Source: Thermodesulfobacteriota bacterium
GTDB taxonomy: Bacteria > Desulfobacterota > Desulfobulbia > Desulfobulbales > SURF-16
Length of the DNA: 50,880 nt
NCBI GenBank assembly: GCA_039715015.1
Contig: JBDLIE010000018.1
Coordinates: forward strand, 1 to 50,880
Direction of reading: 5' to 3'
Shown piece after piece: positions 1 to 7,860 of this stretch (positions are counted from its first letter, which is position 1; each line of letters begins with the position of its first letter). Both the position numbers and the translations under genes were made by a program. The notes below the pieces were generated by a model that saw only the letters and a program-made list of their open reading frames with translations, was not told where the DNA came from and did not search any database.

Positions 1-315
1 GTGAGCAAAGATGAAATTTTTCAGGTCAAAGTCTCTTTAGGGAAAGAAATTTCTCACCCAAACACCACCGAACACCATATTCGCTGGATTCAGCTATTCT
101 TCAAGCCGGAGGGGGACAAGTTCAGTTATCAAGTTGGAAACTTCGAATTTACCGCCCATGGAGAATCTGTTGATGGGCCGAATTTGGGGACCGTTTATAC
201 CCACCACTCGATCACTTCAGAATGCAAAATAAATAAGGCAGGCACACTTATAGCGACATCCCTATGCAACATTCACGGTCTTTGGCAGGGCACTAAAGAG
301 ATCAAGGCCAAATAA
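1..315 (+). CDS. Superoxide reductase (neelaredoxin/desulfoferrodoxin catalytic domain), probably 5'-truncated by the window edge
   Basis: SOR iron-site motifs HPNTTEHHIRWI and CNIHGLW. Confidence 0.88.
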   Translation: MSKDEIFQVKVSLGKEISHPNTTEHHIRWIQLFFKPEGDKFSYQVGNFEFTAHGESVDGPNLGTVYTHHSITSECKINKAGTLIATSLCNIHGLWQGTKEIKAK

Positions 316-541
316 AATTTGCAGCAATGCATTCTTCATAATTCTGCTGCCAAGGATACTATCCACACCCTCAAGATTATGAGGAAGCATAGAAAGAAGG
401 ATCGGATTTTAGGAATTCGTGCCCATTGCTCTTCTCATCTTTTTTACAGAGCTTTCAACATGCACTGATTATGAGATCCCTTGCGCAATTCTGGAAGGGG
501 CACAAGTCGCAATTAACTATCATGCAACGGGGAGGAACGAA

Positions 542-898
542 ATGGCTGAAATCGAATGTGCTGGTAAAAAAATCAAAATAGATGGTGACGGTTTCCTCTT
601 AGACTCTGACGTTTGGGACGAGGATATTGCCAGATCGTTAGCCGAAAAAGAAGGCGTTGAAGATTTTAACGATGAGAAGATGGAAATAGTTAAATTCATG
701 AGATCGTACTACAAGAAATTCCATGCATTCCCGATCCTGAACTACGTATGCAAAAACATCCATCAGCCTCGAGAATGCGTCACTGAAGAATTTATCAATC
801 CCGAGAAAGCATGGAAAATAGCGGGGCTTCCAAAGCTGTCCGACATTCATTTCGTTGCAGTTGATGGGAAGCATTACCGCCTTGAGGAGTGTTGCTAA
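542..898 (+). CDS. TusE/DsrC/DsvC-family sulfur relay-like protein
   Basis: GGAGG RBS before ATG 542 (preferred over GTG 419); DGDGFL..WDEDIARSLAEKEG, FMRSYY and KIAGLPK motifs; ends EECC. Confidence 0.82.
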   Translation: MAEIECAGKKIKIDGDGFLLDSDVWDEDIARSLAEKEGVEDFNDEKMEIVKFMRSYYKKFHAFPILNYVCKNIHQPRECVTEEFINPEKAWKIAGLPKLSDIHFVAVDGKHYRLEECC

Positions 899-940
899 GA
901 AAAGAGCACCCTCAAATATACGCACCTGGAGGACTATACC

Positions 941-1126
941 ATGTGGCAGGTTGAGGTCGACAAAGACAAATGTAATGGCGATGAAGAATGTGTGAATGCC
1001 TGTCCGGTAGATGTGTTTGAGATGGTTGATGGTAAATCAGACCCTATTAACATGGAAGAATGTCTTGGATGCGAGACATGTGTCGAGGTTTGTCCGGAGG
1101 ATGCGATTACGGTTACAGAAATATAG
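941..1126 (+). CDS. Dicluster ferredoxin, cluster I of CxxDxxC type
   Basis: CNGDEECVNACP and CLGCETCVEVCP; GGAGG RBS. Confidence 0.92.
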   Translation: MWQVEVDKDKCNGDEECVNACPVDVFEMVDGKSDPINMEECLGCETCVEVCPEDAITVTEI

Positions 1127-1150
1127 ATCATTAAAGATACTGGTGGAAAA

Positions 1151-1675
1151 ATGGTTACGGTATTTAGATGCAACATCTGCGGAGAAGCATGTCTTTTAGA
1201 TTATAAACCATCTCATTGTCCTTTTTGCGGGGCGCATGAACAATGGCTAGTTGACTCTCATGATTATGTAGAACCTGAAATTCCTGAGCTGACTGCAATA
1301 TCGAGAAAGAACCTTGAATTTACTTATGACCTTGAAATTAAGGCTTCTCAAACATATCACTGCATCAGAAAAAAAACTAACGATGAGTTTATAGTAGGAA
1401 TGTTCAAAACGATTTCAAAAGTTGAACTGGAGCATGCTGAGCTTGTCGGCAAACTAATTAACAGAGATCCGAGCTGCGAAATACCGTTTGATGACAAACT
1501 TTGCACAGAAGATAGAAACGAATCTTTAGAACAGACAAAGGCATTGGAAACTAATGCCATAATGCTTTACAAAAAATTCCTCAAACAAGCTACTGAACCG
1601 CGAGTTATTGAAATATTTCATGCTTTAATAAAAATAGAACAGGATCATTTAGAATTGGTAAATAAAAACATGTAG
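1151..1675 (+). CDS. Rubredoxin-like domain plus ferritin-like domain (reverse rubrerythrin type)
   Basis: N-terminal CNICG..CPFCGA; ExxH motifs ELEH and EQDH. Confidence 0.8.
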   Translation: MVTVFRCNICGEACLLDYKPSHCPFCGAHEQWLVDSHDYVEPEIPELTAISRKNLEFTYDLEIKASQTYHCIRKKTNDEFIVGMFKTISKVELEHAELVGKLINRDPSCEIPFDDKLCTEDRNESLEQTKALETNAIMLYKKFLKQATEPRVIEIFHALIKIEQDHLELVNKNM

Positions 1676-1778
1676 ATGTTCTCATATTGACGATGATTTT
1701 TATGACATAATAATATTTATTTTAAAATCTCATATAATCATATTGCTGTTGAACTATTCAAACTATAGGAGCACTAAC

Positions 1779-2276
1779 ATGAATATCTTTGGTTACGCCA
1801 TGCAGATGGAAAAAGATGGAGAAAATTATTACCGTAAACTTGCCAAAGAATGCAATAATGTTGGGCTTAGAGGGATATTTACCATGTTGGCTGACGAAGA
1901 AGTAAAACACTACAAGGTAGTTGAAAAGCTGACCAAAAAAGATAAAACACCCCAACTAGCAGAAACCAACATATTAGAAAATGTAAAAAATATTTTCATT
2001 GAAATGAAGGATGTGAAACAAGACCTGCACATCGACACTTCCGAAGAAGCGGATAATTACCGAAAAGCTCGCGACATTGAAGACATGAGTCAAAAATTTT
2101 ATTTGGAAAAAGCTGACCAGGTCGAAGGGGAGCAGGCGCGACAGATTTTTTTGCAATTGGCACATGAAGAAGAGAGGCATTTGCGAATAATGGAGAATAT
2201 TGTCGAGTTTGTTTCAAGAACAGAGCCTGGACATTGGCTCGAAAATGCAGAATGGACCCATTTGGACGAATATTGA
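1779..2276 (+). CDS. Ferritin-like / rubrerythrin-family protein without a rubredoxin domain
   Basis: AMQMEKDGENYY, LADEEVKH, LAHEEERH; AGGAG RBS before ATG 1779. Confidence 0.85.
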   Translation: MNIFGYAMQMEKDGENYYRKLAKECNNVGLRGIFTMLADEEVKHYKVVEKLTKKDKTPQLAETNILENVKNIFIEMKDVKQDLHIDTSEEADNYRKARDIEDMSQKFYLEKADQVEGEQARQIFLQLAHEEERHLRIMENIVEFVSRTEPGHWLENAEWTHLDEY

Positions 2277-2386
2277 TGTTTTAAATTCAACAAAAGTTGA
2301 GAGAAATTCAGCACAACATTTCAATTTAAACAGGCACCTAACTATTAGAACTCAGCGGGAAGGGTGGATCTGAGAGAGGTAGTACA

Positions 2387-2674
2387 ATGGAAATGAAAAT
2401 GCCCAGAATTATAGACTGTTCAATGATGGATTGTGCGTACAACACCGATAATATGTGCCATGCAATGGCCATAACGGTTGGAAGCCAAACACCTTTGTGC
2501 GACACATATATGAGACGAACACAAAAAGGAGGCGCGATGGATATGACCGGCAGTGTCGGGGCGTGCAGGCTGGAAAATTGCTCGTTCAATGAGTCTCTTG
2601 AATGTACGGCCGACGGCATTCATGTCGGGGTCCACTCCGGGGATCCCGAATGTGAGACCTTCACCGCTAGATAA
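2387..2674 (+). CDS. Cys-rich DUF1540-like protein with two repeats
   Basis: Twice C-x4-C-x2-N-x4-C-x-A-x2-I-x-V...C-[DE]-T-[YF]; GAGG RBS. Confidence 0.7.
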   Translation: MEMKMPRIIDCSMMDCAYNTDNMCHAMAITVGSQTPLCDTYMRRTQKGGAMDMTGSVGACRLENCSFNESLECTADGIHVGVHSGDPECETFTAR

Positions 2675-2967
2675 GATTGCTAATTATTGAAGCTGATTAA
2701 TCGGAGCACAAACATATACCCTTCCCGCTGCTCTAGATTATAGAGACTTGAAAATGAATCAATATGCATTGGTTCAGGTACGGAAAAATATTTCACGAAC
2801 TTACCGCTCTAAATTTTCAACCAACACGGCTTGGTGAGCTTTAGAGAAATGACGTAAAAGTTCGTTTTAAATAAAAAATGAGTGGCGTGGCCCAGATTTT
2901 TGCCTGCCTATGCCTGCAGAGACTTCTGACCACTCATATTCCTACAACTCTTGCAAGGAGATTCATT

Positions 2968-3204
2968 ATGAAAAATCTACTGTTAGTGACACTTACTACT
3001 GTAACTATGATGTTTACGTTGCTTCTGTCGTCCGGTTGCGTAAAAGAAAAACAAGTCATGGGGGCTGACTGGTACCGAGAAACGCCAAAGGCTGCACACG
3101 AGAAGCGCTTTCCAGCCGGACATGGCGATGCAGCAACGGATAAGAACTGCCATTTCGTAGAAAAAACAAATTCATACTTTTGCCAGTTTGACTGGTTCGA
3201 ATAG
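2968..3204 (+). CDS. Small putative lipoprotein
   Basis: AAGGAG RBS; MKN plus hydrophobic stretch plus LSSGC lipobox. Confidence 0.6.
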   Translation: MKNLLLVTLTTVTMMFTLLLSSGCVKEKQVMGADWYRETPKAAHEKRFPAGHGDAATDKNCHFVEKTNSYFCQFDWFE

Positions 3205-3223
3205 CTCCCCAACATAAAATAAG

Positions 3224-3260
3224 GGGCTGTCCTGGTTAATGAAAGTTATTTAGGGCAGCC
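3224..3260. terminator. Hairpin between convergent genes
   Basis: GGGCTGTCCT...AGGGCAGCCC inverted repeat. Confidence 0.45.
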
Positions 3261-3309
3261 CGATAATAATGCCCTAACAAAGGATTTTTGTTTCTCCTAA
3301 ATTCCTTTG

Positions 3310-3570
3310 CTAACAAAACATCTCCGCCCCTTTTTTTGTGAGCTTGTACGATGGGCTTCTTCCTCCTACATATTCGATGATCCCCTCTGTTATCATTTCG
3401 CTTATAATCTCCTCACAGGCCATTACCTCTTTAGCGCTCAAAGTTGGCATATAGACTTTGTTCAACCATTCCGGAGACAGCATATCTCCTTCCCCAGCTT
3501 TTGCGGCTTTGAACTTACCAAGCAATTCATCTTTAATTGCTAATTTGATTGCCTCCTTGTGCTTGCCCAT
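3310..3570 (-). CDS. Small hypothetical protein, winged-helix-like C-terminus
   Basis: AAGGAG RBS before ATG 3570; EMITEGIIEY...YKLTKKG. Confidence 0.6.
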   Translation of the reverse strand: MGKHKEAIKLAIKDELLGKFKAAKAGEGDMLSPEWLNKVYMPTLSAKEVMACEEIISEMITEGIIEYVGGRSPSYKLTKKGAEMFC

Positions 3571-3646
3571 ATGATTTCTCCTTCTTTTTGAAGGAAAGAG
3601 TTGACCTCTTTTCAAGGCATAATCAGCTCTTCCCCAACAATACGAT

Positions 3647-4180
3647 TTATTCTTCCAGATCAACCTCGATATCCAGATCAATCCAGATATCCTTGCCGAC
3701 CATCACCCCTCCATCATCCATGGGCACATTCCAGGCCATGCCGTACTCTTCGCGGTTCACCGCGGTTGTTGCTGTGATGCCGAGGGTGGTCTCGCCGCCG
3801 AAGTCCTCAGGGCTGATCACGGGTCCTGAAAAAGATACCTCAAGGGTGACCGGCTTAGTGACCCCATGGATGGTCAAATCACCGGCCAGTCTGCCGCCGT
3901 CTGCCGCCGCCGCAAAGTTGCTGCTTTTGAAGATTATGGCCGGGAAGGTTCCCACGTCGAAGAAGTCGGGACTGGCAAGATGCTCGTCCCGCTGGGCGAT
4001 ACCTGTATAGAGACCGGTGACGGCCACCGCAACTTCCAGGGAGAAAGAGGAGGGATCTTCCGGATCGAACTGGGCCGAACCGCTTAATTTATTGAACTGA
4101 CCGCGGACATGGGCGACCATCATGTGCCGGACCTTGAATGCTGCCACCGAATGATCGGGATCAATATTCCATTTCGCCAT
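3647..4180 (-). CDS. YceI-family protein, no signal peptide
   Basis: WNIDPDHS..FKVRHMM..VRGQF; RDEHLASPDFFD; GDLTIHGVTKPV. Confidence 0.93.
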   Translation of the reverse strand: MAKWNIDPDHSVAAFKVRHMMVAHVRGQFNKLSGSAQFDPEDPSSFSLEVAVAVTGLYTGIAQRDEHLASPDFFDVGTFPAIIFKSSNFAAAADGGRLAGDLTIHGVTKPVTLEVSFSGPVISPEDFGGETTLGITATTAVNREEYGMAWNVPMDDGGVMVGKDIWIDLDIEVDLEE

Positions 4181-4202
4181 GGGTCTTCTCCATTGTCATT
4201 GC

Positions 4203-5252
4203 TTAAGAGCAGTTGATAAAACACTGGGGGTCTTCGGCCAGGATATCCCCCTTGCCCCTGCAAAGTGAATGGGCGTAGGCGATGGCCCGGCAGCCCCGGC
4301 AATGCGCCCACCTGGAGCAGCTACCGCACCTACCCTTGTAGCGGCCACGATCTCGGAGTTGCTCTAGAGTCTTGGAATTGGCCCAGATCTCCCGCAAGCA
4401 ATCTTCCCGAACATTGCCGATGGGAACCGCCAACCGCCGACAGGGAGTGACAGTGCCATCGGCCAGGAGCGTCAGGCCAGAAACTCCGGCAGCGCAGCCG
4501 CCGGCGGCAATCGAGCCGCAATCATCCACTCCAGCCCCGTTTCTCATCTGCGAGGCCACCGGATCGCCGGTGACGATCTCAAGGCCATTGACAGGAAGGG
4601 CAAAAATCGCCTTATATATTTCCCTGACCTTGTCCCTGCCGAGCATTTGATCGACCAAACCAAGGCCCTGGCCGGAAGGCACCAACCGCGAAAACCCCAG
4701 GCGCTGCACTCCGAGAGAGGAGGCAATCTCAACCAAGTCCTTAAATTTATCGGCATTGATCTCCGACAGGGTGGCATTCAGGGTCACCTTATGCCCAGCG
4801 GCAAGGAGAAGGCCAATACCTTGGCAGGAAGCGCTGAAACTGCCCTGCCCCCTTATCTGGTCATGAATATCTTCCGGCCCCTCGATACTTACCTGGACAC
4901 CTTTAACGCCAACCTCGGCCAACATTGCCGCCTTTTGGTCATCAATCAGGGTACCATTAGTAAGCAGATAGATGGCGAACCCCCGGGAGCCCATCTCGCC
5001 GAGGACCTCAAAAAGGTCTTCTCTCAGGAAGGGCTCGCCGCCGGTAACGTTAAGGCTTGGGGAAAACTCTAGATGATAGGCCTCTTCCCAGACTTCGAGC
5101 ATGCCGGTTATTTCATTAAGCACCTCACGGATTTCGGCCAAGGAAAGCTCTGTAAAACTCTCACCTGCCTGGTAACAATGCGTGCAGCGCAGATTGCACC
5201 TTTCGGTGAGGTGCCACTGAACAAAAAACTCCTGAAGGCTGCTTATAGGCAT
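4203..5252 (-). CDS. Radical SAM/SPASM protein resembling the SbtM catalytic core; candidate peptide maturase
   Basis: QWHLTERCNLRCTHCY, TGGEP; SPASM GGCAAG..PCRR..CGSC...CRGCRA..DPQC. Confidence 0.9.
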   Translation of the reverse strand: MPISSLQEFFVQWHLTERCNLRCTHCYQAGESFTELSLAEIREVLNEITGMLEVWEEAYHLEFSPSLNVTGGEPFLREDLFEVLGEMGSRGFAIYLLTNGTLIDDQKAAMLAEVGVKGVQVSIEGPEDIHDQIRGQGSFSASCQGIGLLLAAGHKVTLNATLSEINADKFKDLVEIASSLGVQRLGFSRLVPSGQGLGLVDQMLGRDKVREIYKAIFALPVNGLEIVTGDPVASQMRNGAGVDDCGSIAAGGCAAGVSGLTLLADGTVTPCRRLAVPIGNVREDCLREIWANSKTLEQLRDRGRYKGRCGSCSRWAHCRGCRAIAYAHSLCRGKGDILAEDPQCFINCS

Positions 5253-5302
5253 CGGCTGTTTGACCTCGGTAAGGGTAAGGTGATATTCTCCAGGTAATAC
5301 AA

Positions 5303-5336
5303 CTAATTGGCAGGTGCAATCACACCTGCCAATTAG
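5303..5336 (-). terminator. Perfect 14-bp hairpin between the peptide gene and the radical SAM gene (terminator or stabiliser)
   Basis: Minus strand CTAATTGGCAGGTG-TGATTG-CACCTGCCAATTAG followed by TTGTATT. Confidence 0.6.
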
Positions 5337-5341
5337 GCTTT

Positions 5342-5358
5342 GTTGCCGACCGGCAACC
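5342..5358 (-). promoter_or_regulatory. SECIS-like hairpin
   Basis: GGUUGCC-GGUC-GGCAAC begins 11 nt after UGA 5372-5370; closely resembles the E. coli fdhF upper hairpin GGUUGCAGGUCUGCACC. Confidence 0.7.
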
Positions 5359-5483
5359 TATTCAGACTTTCAACCCTTTCACTTGTGGCAAAGCCGGCCG
5401 GGATTCTCCTTAACAGCTTTGCTCATCTTTGCCCAAAAGGCGGCTTCTTTCACCAAGGCTTCTTTGCTAAGATTCTTCTTCAT
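5358..5483 (-). CDS. Putative selenopeptide RiPP precursor, 41 aa: MKKNLSKEALVKEAAFWAKMSKAVKENPGRLCHKUKGUKSE
   Basis: GGAGGTG RBS; ATG 5483; in-frame TGA at 5381-5379 and 5372-5370; TAG 5360-5358; SECIS-like hairpin; upstream of the radical SAM/SPASM gene. Absent from the ORF track. Confidence 0.68.
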
Positions 5484-5775
5484 ACCAATCCACCTCCATT
5501 ATTGTGACACGGCGACATGCCGTAAGCCTATCAAATAGGATCGGCCACCTACTAAAGTTTTGTCAAATGGAAAAAACGAAAGTTGTCAAATCAAGCCTAC
5601 GCCTCTGGCAATGAGCAATACAATAGTGAGGAAAACACAGAGTTTACGTGAGCAATATCTTCCCAGCAGCAAACGCCTTGATCCTTTAACAATTATGTTG
5701 AAACGTTAAAATTCTCTGGAGATGAACGAATTTTTCTGTCATCTTAGGAGGCCAATATGAAATCAGGAGCCATGC

Positions 5776-6660
5776 ATGAAGTTAAAAAGCAATGAAGAGA
5801 AACTGGTCTGCCAATCGGTAATCGGTGAGATCACCTCACCGCTTGGTGGTATTAATCCCTATAGGATCAACCCGGAAGGTCATTCGGATATTTATCCTGG
5901 AGTGGGTGGCATTACTTATAATGTCAGGATTGGAGACAAGGCCTGCGGCCTGTTTGCCGACCATGTTGAACCCGGGGTCTCCATCTCCAACTTCACCCAG
6001 TTCGCCGGCCAAGCCGGCCCCAATCGGGCCTTGAACCTCTTTTCCTGCGTGGGCAATGTGGCAACAGTTGTTTCAGGCGAGGCCAAGGGAGCAACAGGCA
6101 GGGTCACAGGCAAACACGGCGGTATCGACCATGTGCTTGTTGATTTTGCAACTAAAGACATGGAGAAGCTGGTTATTGGCGACAAGATCCAGGTCAAGGC
6201 TGTTGGCTGCGGCTTGGGCCTCGCCGATCATCCAGGAGTCAAGCTCCTTAACATGGATCCGGCCCTTTTCAAGGCCTTAGGGGTTAAGGCCCGTAAAAAT
6301 GGCCGTCTTGAGGTTCCGGTCACCCATACAATTCCAGCCAAAATCATGGGCTCTGGTATCGGCCACACCCACTCAAACTCCGGGGATTACGACATTCAGC
6401 TCTTTGACAAACCAACTGTGGACGAGTATGGTCTTCAGGACTTACGCCTGGGTGATTTTGTCGCGATTATGGATGCCGACGCCACCTATGGCAGGATCTA
6501 CAAGACAGGTGGCGTGGTCATCGGAATCATAGTTCATTCCGACTGCGTTCTGGCCGGACACGGACCAGGCGCCATGGTGGCCATGGCCTCCAAGGATGGC
6601 CTGATTATCCCCAAAATTGACGCCAAGGCCAACCTAACCAGATACTTCAAAAAACTTTAA
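5776..6660 (+). CDS. DUF4438-family protein
   Basis: PGVGGITYNVRIGD..ADHVEPGVS, GKHGGIDHV, MGSGIG, GDYDI, GHGPG. Confidence 0.8.
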   Translation: MKLKSNEEKLVCQSVIGEITSPLGGINPYRINPEGHSDIYPGVGGITYNVRIGDKACGLFADHVEPGVSISNFTQFAGQAGPNRALNLFSCVGNVATVVSGEAKGATGRVTGKHGGIDHVLVDFATKDMEKLVIGDKIQVKAVGCGLGLADHPGVKLLNMDPALFKALGVKARKNGRLEVPVTHTIPAKIMGSGIGHTHSNSGDYDIQLFDKPTVDEYGLQDLRLGDFVAIMDADATYGRIYKTGGVVIGIIVHSDCVLAGHGPGAMVAMASKDGLIIPKIDAKANLTRYFKKL

Positions 6661-6683
6661 ATTATCCTCAGAGAAAAACCATT

Positions 6684-7241
6684 ATGAACGACAGACAGCG
6701 CTTAAAGGAAATACTCCTTGAAAAATCATACCGCCAGGGCACCTTTACCCTTTCTTCCGGTCGGGAATCTGATTTCTATATTGATGTCAAGCAGACCAGC
6801 CTTGACGCCGAAGGAGCTCTTCTCTGCGGCAAGTTGATTTTTGAGTTAATCAGCAAGCATCCTGAGACCATAGGCGCTGTGGGTGGTATGACCTTAGGGG
6901 CAGATCCTCTGGTAACAGCGGCCTCCATTGCCAGTTTCCTGGACGGAAGCAATGCCATCCCTGCCTTCATCGTCAGAAAGGAGGCCAAGGGCCATGGTAC
7001 TGAACAATTTCTTGAAGGCCAGAAAAATATGCCTGAAGGATGCAAAGTAACCCTTCTTGAAGATGTGGTTACCACCGGCGGCACCCTTCTCCAGGTTATT
7101 GACAGGGTTGAAGCCCAAGGCTTTAAGGTGGCCCAGATCATCACCGTGGTTGATCGTGAAGAGGGAGGAGCCGAGACTCTGAATGAGCGCGGTTTTACCC
7201 TTGATGCCATTTTCACCCGCAGCCAACTGCTGGCAGACTAA
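6684..7241 (+). CDS. pyrE: Orotate phosphoribosyltransferase
   Basis: FTLSSGRESDFYID, VRKEAKGHG, PRPP loop LLEDVVTTGG. Confidence 0.95.
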   Translation: MNDRQRLKEILLEKSYRQGTFTLSSGRESDFYIDVKQTSLDAEGALLCGKLIFELISKHPETIGAVGGMTLGADPLVTAASIASFLDGSNAIPAFIVRKEAKGHGTEQFLEGQKNMPEGCKVTLLEDVVTTGGTLLQVIDRVEAQGFKVAQIITVVDREEGGAETLNERGFTLDAIFTRSQLLAD

Positions 7242-7253
7242 GGTAGTCCTGTA

Positions 7254-7424
7254 ATGAAGTGTCGGGAATGTGGCGAAGATTTAGAGGTGGCTCGCGCCTG
7301 CCGTCGGGTGCGGATGCGCTGTATCTCTTGTGGCAAGGAGTACCAAATCCACGAGGTGGCTGCTGATCTTGATGATAAGACCGTCGCAATCCTTGAGCGT
7401 TACACCGCCATCATCTACGACTAA
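7254..7424 (+). CDS. Small dual-CXXC protein, 56 aa (MKCRECGEDLEVARACRRVRMRCISCGKEY...)
   Basis: ATG 7254 to TAA 7424, 12 nt after pyrE; CREC and CISC plus a central Cys; shorter than any ORF in the track. Confidence 0.72.
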   Translation: MKCRECGEDLEVARACRRVRMRCISCGKEYQIHEVAADLDDKTVAILERYTAIIYD

Positions 7425-7449
7425 CGGTTTATCTTTCAGCTAAAATTTA

Positions 7450-7767
7450 TCAGGATGGCCCGAGGTTGCGGAGAGTCGCCAAGGCATCCTTGATATTCTC
7501 CCAGCGCTCCACAGAGTAAGAAGCTGACGACACTCTAGAAAAAGGCTCATAGCGCTCTAAAAGGTAGTCGTGAGCCTTATCTATCTTGCCCTCATCAGCA
7601 AGGTAGAGAGTAAGAGCCCGGACTCCCTCCTTCTCACTCACCTGAAAATAGGGCCCGGACTTTTTGATATAGGACGGCAGGTCCGCGAACTTGCTATAAA
7701 TCTGGGCCATCTGCTTGACATCCTTTATCTGGCAGGATAGCTGACCTATGAGAACCATAATCTTCAA
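7450..7767 (-). CDS. Hypothetical protein
   Basis: Only ORF filling the gap; no motif recognised; start uncertain. Confidence 0.5.
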   Translation of the reverse strand: MKIMVLIGQLSCQIKDVKQMAQIYSKFADLPSYIKKSGPYFQVSEKEGVRALTLYLADEGKIDKAHDYLLERYEPFSRVSSASYSVERWENIKDALATLRNLGPS

Positions 7768-7860
7768 TGGAAAGGGTTAATATCTAACACAAGCGCTCTT
7801 CTTATGGTCTATAACAATGACCAGACCGCCGTCAAGACCAGAAAGCTATCACCCTTTTTT

